Part shown: one piece after another, positions 28,627 to 37,916 of the stretch | Layout: every line of letters begins with the position of its first letter | Numbering within the stretch: position 1 is the first letter of the stretch | Origin: a candidate division WOR-3 bacterium | GTDB lineage: Bacteria > Hydrothermota > Hydrothermia > JBDRYB01 | Direction of reading: 5' to 3' | DNA length: 64,000 bases | Assembly (NCBI GenBank): GCA_039803205.1 | Contig: JBDRYB010000005.1 | Coordinates: 49,671 to 113,670 of the forward strand | Notes under the pieces: generated by a model | Told to the model about the DNA's origin: nothing | The model's database searches: none | Seen by the model: only the letters and a program-made list of their open reading frames with translations | Program-made: the position numbers and the translations under genes

Positions 28627-29907
28627 GTGATCAGGGAGTTTTGTATTCACAACTTCAAGGCCTTCAGGGAGGCGGATCTGGATTTTGCGCCTCTGACGCT
28701 TTTGGTTGGAGCCAACTCCACGGGCAAGAGCACGATTTTGCAGGCCCTCCTATTGTTAAAGCAAACTGTGGATTACGGGGATCCAGGGGTGCCGCTGAGA
28801 TTTGAGGGGCCGCTGATTAATCTTGGTTCCTTTAAGGAGACGATCCACAGGGAACAGAATTATTCACCCAAACGAATTGGCTTCAGATTAGTGCTCACCG
28901 GAGAATACCCCAAGGAGTATGCTGAAGGTGATGATGGGGCAATAATATCCGAGGTGCAAAGCACTGATTACGATTTGCGCTTTGAGGTTGATATTATTCC
29001 CCGAGCCGGGCTAAGGGTTCCTCCCGGGAGCTTTTCGGCCAAAATTGTTGAAGGGCCATACTCAGAAGATTATAAACTCAAACACAAATCCCCAAGCCTC
29101 CAGGGGCTAAGGCCACGCTTTTTCTGGTTCTGGCCATCCAATCCCTCTGACAAGCGATATGGATGGCTTTTTCAGGTTGCCGACGTGTTAATGGGAATCT
29201 TCAAACGAATATTTTACCTCGCGCCCCTGAGGGATTATCCGGAAAGGGATAAGATTTACTCGTCTCAGCGTCCTGCCTGGATGGGCATACGGGGCGAGGA
29301 ATTGCCAGCGTTTCTTCACTCTCGTCCTGAGATCATAGCCTCAATAAACAAGTGGCTAAGAGAAAATAAATTTCCCTCCAAGGAGGCTCTATTTTCAATT
29401 GAGACGGTTCTCAGACAAGAAAAAACCAGATTATCCCTTTTGGTCAAAGAGGGCGGCAGGAAATACAACTGGGCAGATGTGGGATTTGGATTATCCCAAT
29501 TCCTGCCTGTTGCCGCGGCTGTTTTTGCCGTGCCGGATGATTCTCTCTTGCTGGTTGAACAACCGGAGATACACCTTAATCCCAGGATGGAAGTCCTTCT
29601 GGGACAACTCCTTGTTGATGTCGCGAGGGAGGGCAAGAAGATAATATTGGTTGAGACCCACAGCGAGCACTTAATAATGCGTGTGCGGAGGCTGGTGGCT
29701 GAAGGCTACATTTCGCCGGACAAAGTCAAAATTTACCACACTGAGAGGGATTGGAAGGTCGGGAACTCCACAATAAGAGAGATAAAATGGAGAGACGACC
29801 TACCAGGCGCCATTGAGGGTTGGCCGGAGGGCTTCATGGATGAGAGCATTACTGAGGCTTTTGGCATCTCAAGAGCTCAGAGACGGAATCGTAGCAAGGA
29901 AACATAG
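28627..29907 (+). CDS. ABC/AAA ATPase (AAA_15/21-type, DUF3696-like tail)
   Basis: NFKAF, GANSTGKS, DVGFGLSQ, VEQPEIHL, ETHSEH, WPEGFMD. Confidence 0.88.
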   Translation: MIREFCIHNFKAFREADLDFAPLTLLVGANSTGKSTILQALLLLKQTVDYGDPGVPLRFEGPLINLGSFKETIHREQNYSPKRIGFRLVLTGEYPKEYAEGDDGAIISEVQSTDYDLRFEVDIIPRAGLRVPPGSFSAKIVEGPYSEDYKLKHKSPSLQGLRPRFFWFWPSNPSDKRYGWLFQVADVLMGIFKRIFYLAPLRDYPERDKIYSSQRPAWMGIRGEELPAFLHSRPEIIASINKWLRENKFPSKEALFSIETVLRQEKTRLSLLVKEGGRKYNWADVGFGLSQFLPVAAAVFAVPDDSLLLVEQPEIHLNPRMEVLLGQLLVDVAREGKKIILVETHSEHLIMRVRRLVAEGYISPDKVKIYHTERDWKVGNSTIREIKWRDDLPGAIEGWPEGFMDESITEAFGISRAQRRNRSKET

Positions 29908-29909
29908 AT

Positions 29910-30368
29910 TTGACAACCCTCGTGATAGATACCAACATCTTCACCTTGACAGACAAACCCGATGATCCTGGCTGGCAGGAATCCCTTGATCTTATGGAGT
30001 GGATCGGGCGTGAAAGGTTTTGCAATTATATCCTGGCTGTGGATGAAGAGGGTTTGATTGAAGAAGAATATGAGAAAAAAGCAAAGGAGGGTTATCCGAA
30101 TTCGCTAGGGAGTTTTGTCTTGGCGAAATTTGCCGAGTGGGACAAGATCGTCCATGTCCAGGGAAGAAGCTACCCCTGCTTCAGAGATCTACCCCCTGAG
30201 CTTGACAGACACGATAGGGCTTTTCTCAAAGTGGCCTGTCAGACACCAGAGCACATTCTCATAAGCCAGGATTCGAGGTTTTATGAGAACAATTCCTGTC
30301 TTAATAGGCTAAAATCCGAGACGGGTCTCAAAATCTACCGGGTTCAAGAAGCAATAGCAAATATATGA
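29910..30368 (+). CDS. PIN-domain protein
   Basis: VIDTNI, EEY, D..D..F..VA, ISQD acidic residues. Confidence 0.75.
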   Translation: MTTLVIDTNIFTLTDKPDDPGWQESLDLMEWIGRERFCNYILAVDEEGLIEEEYEKKAKEGYPNSLGSFVLAKFAEWDKIVHVQGRSYPCFRDLPPELDRHDRAFLKVACQTPEHILISQDSRFYENNSCLNRLKSETGLKIYRVQEAIANI

Positions 30369-30400
30369 CCCCCACAGGATTACTGCTCCATCCGTGGATT

Positions 30401-31345
30401 TTACTTCCCCCCCGCCTCCTCTTGCCTCTGTAGCCAATCTATGTAGTAGTTCAAAAGGGTGTTAGCGAGGTTCTGCGCCTCGGTTGTCAGGGTGAGGCCC
30501 GAAACGCGAGCCCTTCTGGTTGTCTTCTGGATTAATGTGCCATCGTCAAGATAAATTCCAACCTCAAACTCAGCGTCCTCTCCGGTTTTCTTGACCGTGC
30601 CATAGATGAATATGTTTCCGCCCATCTCAGCGGTTATCCTTTTGGCATCGTCAATGCTTATGGTCGCGGTGGTTATGTTCTGCGATTCAAGGGAGGAGTT
30701 AACCTGCGCGTTATTAACGACATCAAACCTCGGCGAGCGCTCAAACACGGAGCTCATCGCGTCCTGAATGGATCTCCCAAGGCCAGCGCTCTTTGCCTCC
30801 TCGGTCGTTTCTTTCAAAGGGAATATTAAAAGCTTTCTCTTTTGAATGGGCCCGCCGGATACATACTCCTTGTTCAGTTCCCCGAGAACGAGACCCGTTA
30901 TGTCCTTTTTCGGGTCAGCATAGACAAGGGTCTTCTGTGATATATCAAGAACCATCTCAAGGCCCAGGTCTTTCGCTATCTTTCTGACCGTCGCTGTTAT
31001 CTTATCGGTATAAGGGGTCAATATCTCCTGGCTCTTCTGTTCAAGAGCCGCGACCATCTCCCTGAGGACCCTCTCGTATTCAGCCTCTTTCTCATCTATC
31101 TCCATCTCACGGGATATGCGCTCCTGATCCGTGAGCATGGGGCGCTTTTCCTCATAATCCCTTCTGAGGCTATCCAACTGCGCCTTAACGCTGTCCGCTT
31201 TCAGCTCCCACTGGGCCCTGTATCTGTCAAGCTCGTCCTTTGCCTCCGCGAGCTCCTTGTAGTTGTCCATTATGACCTGGAGGTCTATGTATCCGACCCT
31301 CGTGCCCTGTTGGGCAAGGAGAGACAAAGCCAGAATCGCGGTCAT
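30401..31345 (-). CDS. OmpH/Skp chaperone with extra C-terminal CsgG/TolB-N-like domain
   Basis: RVGYIDLQ.I, coiled coil, LVYADP..DIT..VL; then ~150-aa extension. Confidence 0.75.
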   Translation of the reverse strand: MTAILALSLLAQQGTRVGYIDLQVIMDNYKELAEAKDELDRYRAQWELKADSVKAQLDSLRRDYEEKRPMLTDQERISREMEIDEKEAEYERVLREMVAALEQKSQEILTPYTDKITATVRKIAKDLGLEMVLDISQKTLVYADPKKDITGLVLGELNKEYVSGGPIQKRKLLIFPLKETTEEAKSAGLGRSIQDAMSSVFERSPRFDVVNNAQVNSSLESQNITTATISIDDAKRITAEMGGNIFIYGTVKKTGEDAEFEVGIYLDDGTLIQKTTRRARVSGLTLTTEAQNLANTLLNYYIDWLQRQEEAGGK

Positions 31346-31455
31346 GGCGTTATGATAAGGCAGGGGGATGTGGCTATGCCACCAGATGAAAAGCCCCGGC
31401 CAGGAATGGGAGGTGTATAGACTTCACCTGGTCGGGGCTACTGGCTACAATGGGA

Positions 31456-32964
31456 TTATCTCACAACCGCCTTGCCTTTGTGGTTCCTCGTCGTCCAGAG
31501 ATAAACGCCTTGGTCAAGGGAGATCCTGTTCTCGCCCTTTTGCAGTTTGCCGGAATAAGATAGCCTGCCATCAGGGGCGTAGAGCCTGAGATCGGTATCA
31601 GCCTCTGACCTGAAGACGAGGCCTCCAGGAACAGATAAGCAGGTTATCGGCGGGCCGGATTCAAGGCCTCTCTCCTCAACATACTCGTAAACGGGTGCGC
31701 AGATATTGGTTATTACAGGAGTGGGCGAGGTGACTATGGGGTTTGGTGACGATGTGTTCGGAGAACAATTCGCTCCAGTTGAAATCGAGGATATGCTCGG
31801 CGATGGCGTTCCAACGACTGGCGAGCAATCCTGAACACAGCCGGGATAATTTCCGTTCTGATCCAGCTTGAGAACAAGTACATCCCATCCGCTGGGACCC
31901 GTTAGCACATAGCCGCCGTCCATTGTCTGGACTATGGAGCGTGGTTCTTCATAGCCCGTTCCCCCAAATGTCCTTGCCCAGGCGAGAGAGCCGTCCGGGT
32001 TTAGCTTGAGGACGAGGTAATCAGTGTTGCCAGCACCGAAACTATATGTGAATCCCCCGACAGCGTAGCCTCCATCTGAGGTCTGGGTTATGCACTCGGC
32101 ACCATCCCATTTCGGTCCGCCAAAAACCTTGGCCCAGGCAAGAGAACCATCAGAGTTCAGCTTGACGACGAAGATATCGTAAGTGTCGGCAACGGCAAAA
32201 CTTATTGTGTATCCCGCTAAAACACAGCCACCGTCCGTGGTCCGGGTCATGCAGTAGGCCTCTTCAGACTTCGGTCCACCAATGATCCTACCCCAGGCCA
32301 CAGAGCCATCAGAGTTCAGCTTGAGGACGAAGAAATCATTCGCGGTGCCTGTTCTCCGTCCACCAACAAAACAGCCACCGTCCGTAGTCGCGACGACGGA
32401 GTAGGCATAATCAGTGGCCCCTGCGTCATATGTCTTGACCCAGGCAATAGAGCCATTAGAGTTCAGCTTGGCGACGAAGAAATTAATCTCAGTGGGGGGA
32501 AAACTGTTTGTGTTTCCCGCGACAACATAGCATCCATCCGTGGTCTGGGTTATCGACCAGATCTCATCATTTTGTATTCCGCCAAAAACCCTGGTCCAGG
32601 CCACAGAGCCATCCGGGTTCAGCTTGAGGACGAAGGGATCATATTGGCCAGCACTGAAGGTATATGTCATTCCCGCGACAGCATAGCCTCCATCCGTGGT
32701 TTGGATTATAGAAGTAGCGAACTCTATGCTCGTTCCGCCATATGTCTTGGCCCAGGCCACAGAGCCATCCGGGTTCAGCTTGAGGACAAAGAAATCATTC
32801 CAGCCGCCACCAGCACCAAAACTATATGTCTCTCCCGCGACAGCATAGCCTCCGTCTGCTGTCTGGATTACCGAATAGCCGCGGTCAGCGCTCGACCCGC
32901 CATATGTCTTGGCGAACAAGCCTTGCCCTACCAAGATATTTGTTATTATATAGAGACTCAGCAT
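31456..32964 (-). CDS. Secreted beta-propeller repeat protein with T9SS-like CTD
   Basis: Repeats VLKLNPDGS.AW.KT.GG...QT.DGGYAVAG, near-identical at DNA level. Confidence 0.8.
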   Translation of the reverse strand: MLSLYIITNILVGQGLFAKTYGGSSADRGYSVIQTADGGYAVAGETYSFGAGGGWNDFFVLKLNPDGSVAWAKTYGGTSIEFATSIIQTTDGGYAVAGMTYTFSAGQYDPFVLKLNPDGSVAWTRVFGGIQNDEIWSITQTTDGCYVVAGNTNSFPPTEINFFVAKLNSNGSIAWVKTYDAGATDYAYSVVATTDGGCFVGGRRTGTANDFFVLKLNSDGSVAWGRIIGGPKSEEAYCMTRTTDGGCVLAGYTISFAVADTYDIFVVKLNSDGSLAWAKVFGGPKWDGAECITQTSDGGYAVGGFTYSFGAGNTDYLVLKLNPDGSLAWARTFGGTGYEEPRSIVQTMDGGYVLTGPSGWDVLVLKLDQNGNYPGCVQDCSPVVGTPSPSISSISTGANCSPNTSSPNPIVTSPTPVITNICAPVYEYVEERGLESGPPITCLSVPGGLVFRSEADTDLRLYAPDGRLSYSGKLQKGENRISLDQGVYLWTTRNHKGKAVVR

Positions 32965-33003
32965 CGTTCACAACTCCTTTTATAGCCTCTTAATTATACG
33001 GAA

Positions 33004-33025
33004 ATAACTAGAGCATAACTAGAGC
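33004..33025. promoter_or_regulatory. Tandem 11-bp direct repeat (ATAACTAGAGC)x2, putative regulator operator
   Basis: Perfect repeat 5 nt upstream of minus-strand TATAAT (32993-32998). Confidence 0.65.
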
Positions 33026-33077
33026 AAATTCGGAGATCAAGTTGATCCCTACTGGGTTTGCGCCTTAAAATATGTGT

Positions 33078-34667
33078 GTGGACACATACAAGCTGGTTCT
33101 TGAAGGAACACACCTCGTAAGGGAAGGTAATAGTGCTAAATTAACGAAGTATCTCCAATGGGTAAGGCGTAAAGACCCTTTGGCCTGGGCCATTCTCAAT
33201 ATAGTCGTAATGGTCTTGCGGTCAAGATTGTCTGAAGCGATCAAAAAGGGGGTGGGCTTATTGCCAAAGCTCTCAGAGGACCCCAAGCTATTCGAATTCC
33301 TCCTTAACATCATAGGCATAGCCTATATGAACATGGGGGAGCTTTTACTCGCTGAGAAATATTACAACAAGGCCCTGGAGGTAGCTGAGATAATCGGGAG
33401 ACCAGAACGCGCAGGCGTTATCAAGCTGAATCTCTTTTTTCTTATGATGCATAGAGGCGAATACCAGATGATTCGCGAGAAGATAGTGGGGTTTATTAGA
33501 GCAGCTTCTATCTTCACTTCCCCATCCTTCAAATATGATCCGCTCTATATACTGGCTGCTGCAGAAATAGCTCTAGGAAAACCTGACAATGCTCTCAGAA
33601 AACTTGACTACCTTAATGGGACTGGTGTGCCTAACCTTTATTGGCGTAGAGGGATGGAAACCAAAGGGCTGGCTATGCGCATGCTATATAGGTTTAATGA
33701 GGCACGGGACTGTTTCATAGCGTCGGCCCAAAGCTTTGTAGATTTTAGCCACGCCTATGCCCCCTTCCCATGCGCCAAGGCCCTCCAACTGAGCAGGTTC
33801 GCGGGGGCCGAGCTTCCTCCAAAATCCCTGATAAGGAAATGCCTGAATCTAGCCAAGAAGGGAAGTTGGGGCGAACAGGCCGCGGCTCAGGAAATACAAG
33901 CCCTGCTCATTGAGGATGACAAAACATGCGCGGAGGCGCTTTTTGCCGCGGCCCAAAGCTATCAGAGAGCCACTCAGCCTCTGGAGGCCTGCCTCTCGGG
34001 GCTTCACTCCGCGTATCTCGCTTGGAAAACCAGCAGTCCTGTTTTTCCGGATGTTCTCAAGTTTCTGGCGCCGCTTCTTCCAATTCACCCAGGCTTCAAA
34101 AAAGACCCCATTCTTGGGGATTTCGCGACGAGAATAGAGCCTTTGCTGGCAACGGAGACCTCCTCCAGCGAGAGCAAGGGAATAAGGGCCTACCTCATAG
34201 GGGAGTTTAGGGTATTCGTGAACGGAGAGAGGCTATCGCTCAAAGGTTGGCGCAACAACAAGGCCATACTCGCGCTCGTATATCTCCTCCTTTCTCCCCA
34301 GCACAGGATCCCTCGCGATCACCTGTTTTACCTTCTCTGGCCGAGGAGGAGCTATCGCTCGGAGGATAACAGAGTCCTCTTCTACAAGGCAATATACCTC
34401 ATCAGGAGAAACCTGAGGGACCCCCGGCTTCTCACCAAGCACAGGGATTTCTATCAGCTGGAGGATACTTGGACCGATCTCGGCGAGATTGAGAACCTAG
34501 CGCGCCTCGCTGACGCGACCCGTGATCCCAGAGAAAAAGAGGAATACCTCTCCAGGGCAAAGGAGCTTGCTAAGGGGGATTTGCTCCCCGAGTTTCCCTA
34601 TGACCGGCACATTGACGAATACAGGCAATACTACTATAGGCTGAGAAAGAGACTGTTCGGAGAATAA
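33078..34667 (+). CDS. TPR + SARP/BTAD-like transcriptional regulator
   Basis: N-terminal TPRs; C-terminal IGEFRV.VNG...W...KA..LVYLL...RD.L...LWP wHTH and WTD...GDLLPE. Confidence 0.75.
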   Translation: MDTYKLVLEGTHLVREGNSAKLTKYLQWVRRKDPLAWAILNIVVMVLRSRLSEAIKKGVGLLPKLSEDPKLFEFLLNIIGIAYMNMGELLLAEKYYNKALEVAEIIGRPERAGVIKLNLFFLMMHRGEYQMIREKIVGFIRAASIFTSPSFKYDPLYILAAAEIALGKPDNALRKLDYLNGTGVPNLYWRRGMETKGLAMRMLYRFNEARDCFIASAQSFVDFSHAYAPFPCAKALQLSRFAGAELPPKSLIRKCLNLAKKGSWGEQAAAQEIQALLIEDDKTCAEALFAAAQSYQRATQPLEACLSGLHSAYLAWKTSSPVFPDVLKFLAPLLPIHPGFKKDPILGDFATRIEPLLATETSSSESKGIRAYLIGEFRVFVNGERLSLKGWRNNKAILALVYLLLSPQHRIPRDHLFYLLWPRRSYRSEDNRVLFYKAIYLIRRNLRDPRLLTKHRDFYQLEDTWTDLGEIENLARLADATRDPREKEEYLSRAKELAKGDLLPEFPYDRHIDEYRQYYYRLRKRLFGE

Positions 34668-34684
34668 CCGCCTTTGACCCGAGG

Positions 34685-35254
34685 CTACCCTTTCCCTTTC
34701 CCCCTCACGGTTATGGGAACCCCATCCCGGCAAAGGGGGCATTCCTCTGGTGGCCAAGCGGTCATGTCCAGCCTGAGGGCTGATAGAACCGGAACCCCCA
34801 GGTCTTTTCCCCCTGAGCGGTCAACCAGAAGCCCTACTCCAACAACAACTCCGCCTTCCTTTCTCACGGCCTCAATCGTATCAGAGACCGATCCCCCTGT
34901 GGTCATCACATCATCAACAACGAGGACACGCTTGCCTCTTATCGGGAAATCCCTACGAAATACTCGTCCCTTGCTCCCGTCAGGAGGGAGCTCAGCGTAG
35001 GCCGCTTCAAGGCCGAGCATCTCCGCGAGCGCGAAAGCGACCAGGATGCCGCCTGTCGTTGGCCCGGCTATCATCTCAGGGCTCAGCTTTCGGACATCAT
35101 CCGCTATTAGGGATAGAAGCTTCCTCGTCATATCAGGGCTCTCAAGGACCCTGAACTTCTCAAAGTATGCGTCAGAATGCAAACCGGATGTGAGGAGGAA
35201 ATGGCCCCTGAGAAGGGCACCGCGTCTCTCAAGCTCTCTGAGGACCTCGCTCAT
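34685..35254 (-). CDS. pyrE: Orotate phosphoribosyltransferase
   Basis: GHFLLTSG.HS, VLVVDDVMTTGGS. Confidence 0.95.
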   Translation of the reverse strand: MSEVLRELERRGALLRGHFLLTSGLHSDAYFEKFRVLESPDMTRKLLSLIADDVRKLSPEMIAGPTTGGILVAFALAEMLGLEAAYAELPPDGSKGRVFRRDFPIRGKRVLVVDDVMTTGGSVSDTIEAVRKEGGVVVGVGLLVDRSGGKDLGVPVLSALRLDMTAWPPEECPLCRDGVPITVRGKGKG

Positions 35255-35272
35255 GATGATATTATAGGGCAA

Positions 35273-36328
35273 TCAGCGCTCCTCGCTCACCGCCTCGGCC
35301 CTCCTCTCGTGCCAAGCAACGCGAGCCTGCGGCCTTGGGGGCTTTTCGCTGAGACTCGGCAAGAACCTTCCGTCCTCCCCAAAGGAGATCCCGCCTCCTC
35401 CAAGATCCTCCTCCGTGAGGGCCTTTATCAGCTTGAACGCCTCGGCCTCGGGGTCTATTTGCGGGTAATGGGCTTTACGCTGAGTAAAAGAGACGATTCG
35501 CCCGCCCAGAAAATTCCCGGCAGAATCAACATCAACAAGGAGCATGGGCGCGATGCCCCCGAGGCCTGATACATTTATCCCGTTCCAGGTGCAGAAGTTT
35601 CCGAGGGAATAGGCTATGAGTCTCCCCTTGTATAGCTCCATGGCTCTGGGCACATGGGGGCCGTGGCCAACCACCACATCAGCGCCAGCATCAACGCATG
35701 CCCTCGCGAACTCCACCACATTTCCCCGGTTCTCGCTGTAGAAGGTCTCGGTTTGAGCTTTAAGGTGAAGGGCCGAAGGCCCCTCAGCGCCTCCGTGGAA
35801 GGTAACCACAACAATATCAGCCGAGGAATCCGCCATGGCCACTATGGCCTTTGCCTTTCCGATATCCCTTATGTCATTACACCCAGGGGAGTGGCCGAAG
35901 CCAACAACAGCGACCCTCAGGCCTTCAGCCTCAAGATACGCTATGTCTCCGAGGAACCCCGTGTGTTTTAATCCCAGCGAATCGAGAACAGCGATGGTCT
36001 GGCGTTTTCCTTCCTCCCCGAAATCATTCGCGTGGTTGTTCGCTGTGTTCAGAACATCAAAGCCCGCGTCCAGGAGGTTCACGGCAAGCCAAGGCGGCAT
36101 CCTAAAGGCGTATGACCTGCCCTTCGCGGTCCTCTTGGTGCACGCGGAGGAGGTAGTGAGAGGCCCCTCAAGGTTTCCAATTGCAATATCAGCCGAGTCC
36201 AGAAACGGCCTTGCCTCCGAGAACAGAAACCGTCCGGAGTCCGGCGGAGGGCTCAGGCCCCCCCAGTCAGAACCCATCATTATGTCACCAACGAAAGCGA
36301 GGCGGAGGGAGACTATAACGAGGATCAC
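35273..36328 (-). CDS. CapA family metallophosphoesterase
   Basis: VGDIM, GNLEG, ANNH..D, GHGPHV, YSLGNF. Confidence 0.9.
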   Translation of the reverse strand: MILVIVSLRLAFVGDIMMGSDWGGLSPPPDSGRFLFSEARPFLDSADIAIGNLEGPLTTSSACTKRTAKGRSYAFRMPPWLAVNLLDAGFDVLNTANNHANDFGEEGKRQTIAVLDSLGLKHTGFLGDIAYLEAEGLRVAVVGFGHSPGCNDIRDIGKAKAIVAMADSSADIVVVTFHGGAEGPSALHLKAQTETFYSENRGNVVEFARACVDAGADVVVGHGPHVPRAMELYKGRLIAYSLGNFCTWNGINVSGLGGIAPMLLVDVDSAGNFLGGRIVSFTQRKAHYPQIDPEAEAFKLIKALTEEDLGGGGISFGEDGRFLPSLSEKPPRPQARVAWHERRAEAVSEER

Positions 36329-36414
36329 GGAGAAATTATAAGGTTCCCATCTGGCCTGGCGCTTGGTTAAAGCGTTGGCATCAGGCCATCTTCATGCAAT
36401 ATAATATCGCCCGC

Positions 36415-36488
36415 GCGCCCGTAGCTCAACTGGACAGAGCGTCGGACTACGGATTCGAAGGCTGGGGGTTCGACTCCCTCCGGGCGCG
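36415..36488 (+). tRNA. tRNA-Arg(ACG), CCA not encoded
   Basis: GCGCCCG/CGGGCGC acceptor stem, CT-ACG-GA anticodon loop, GGTTCGACTCC T-arm; TATAAT upstream. Confidence 0.96.
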
Positions 36489-36500
36489 TTTTTCACGCGA

Positions 36501-37499
36501 ATGCAAATGATCCTTCTTAGCCTTATATCGGAGATAACCCTCACGGTTGAAAACGGCTCTCAACCGGGCAGGGTTCCTGACACCCTGATGGGCATAATAT
36601 ACAGCATAGGGCCAGAGGGGGGGATGCCCACAGATACCATAAGAATACTGAATGGCAAGGCGGTCATCACGGAGCCAAAGGGCGCGCAGGCCGTAGGAGT
36701 TGAGGTCATATACGGCAAGGGAAGCTTTTTCTCTGATCCTATACCCCCTGGGGGTCAGGGAAGGGTCCTCATATACGAAGGGGGTGGCTCGCCCGAGGAG
36801 ATAGCCGTCAAGCAGGTCAATGTCGCCTTCACGCGGAGGGGGGATACCCTCGTTGTCGTGGAGGCCCTGCATATAGAGAACAAAGGGAACCGGATAATAG
36901 CAGGGGCGGACATAATGGCCTTGCCCCTTCCTAAGGGCTACTCTGATTTCTTCTACATGGGGCCACCTGAGGATTACCTTATTGCAAAGGACACGCTTTA
37001 CCTAAGGCCCCAGCTCACCCCTGGCATATCCTCCCTCGCTTTCTCCTATGTGATGCCCAAATCCTTCACATACGAGAGGGACATAAACCCCAAGCCTGAG
37101 CAGTTCACCCTCTACGCGGAGCCCGGGTTGAAGCTGTCCGGAAAGAACCTGGTATCCATGGGCGAAACGAACATAGGAGGGATACCGGTTGCATCATACG
37201 CGCCGAAGGACCTGGCCCAGAGCCTAAGGATCAGCGTAGGCGGAGGGAGACAGCGGCCGTGGCTCATGGCCTTACTCGCGGCCATAGGAGCAATAGCCCT
37301 CGTCGCGGTCGCCTGGTTCTTCGTTCAGAGGTATACCAAACGCCAGAGGCTCCTTGCTGACCTGGGAACAATAGAGTTCCTATACGCGAAGGGAGAGATG
37401 ACTGAGGATGAGTATCGCGAGCAGAGAGATTACCTCATGGAGGAGATAAAGAGGGCATTCGCCAAGAAGGAACCCGGAAGCGAAGGGGAGTTGTCGTGA
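36501..37499 (+). CDS. Exported protein with C-terminal TM and SHOCT-like tail
   Basis: Signal-like N-terminus, [10 protein letters not shown]...R..L. Confidence 0.6.
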   Translation: MQMILLSLISEITLTVENGSQPGRVPDTLMGIIYSIGPEGGMPTDTIRILNGKAVITEPKGAQAVGVEVIYGKGSFFSDPIPPGGQGRVLIYEGGGSPEEIAVKQVNVAFTRRGDTLVVVEALHIENKGNRIIAGADIMALPLPKGYSDFFYMGPPEDYLIAKDTLYLRPQLTPGISSLAFSYVMPKSFTYERDINPKPEQFTLYAEPGLKLSGKNLVSMGETNIGGIPVASYAPKDLAQSLRISVGGGRQRPWLMALLAAIGAIALVAVAWFFVQRYTKRQRLLADLGTIEFLYAKGEMTEDEYREQRDYLMEEIKRAFAKKEPGSEGELS

Positions 37500-37553
37500 G
37501 GAAATGGCGCCACATGGGAAATCAATAACCGCCCACCATTATAATTTCCTTCC

Positions 37554-37916
37554 TTGAAAGAGCCACAGGACCTGGCGCGGGAGATAGCGCTCGCCCTCCT
37601 GAAAAAGAAAGCAGAGGGTGTCCTGGTTATGGATCTGAGAGAGGTCGCGCCTTTCATAGCGGATTTCTTCGTTCTTGCCACAGCTCTCACCCGTGACCAC
37701 GCGAGGGCTTTGGCGGACGGGGTAGAGGAGACTCTTTTGGCAAACGGATATGCCCCTCATCACACAGAGGGCTATGGATCAGGAAGGTGGGTTCTCGTTG
37801 ATGCGGATGAGGTCGTGATCCACATAATGACCAGGGAGGCGAGGGAGTTCTATGCGCTTGAATCCCTTTGGGGGGATGCCAAGCAGGAGAGGTATGAGGA
37901 CGAGGATCAGTCTTGA
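37554..37916 (+). CDS. rsfS: Ribosome silencing factor
   Basis: KKAE...DL, DFFVLAT, WVLVD...VIHI...RE.Y.LE.LW. Confidence 0.93.
   Translation: MKEPQDLAREIALALLKKKAEGVLVMDLREVAPFIADFFVLATALTRDHARALADGVEETLLANGYAPHHTEGYGSGRWVLVDADEVVIHIMTREAREFYALESLWGDAKQERYEDEDQS

Noticed and set aside
31900..32900. Near-identical DNA repeats as a DGR template/variable pair
   Set aside because: In-frame propeller blade repeats; no reverse transcriptase in the window.
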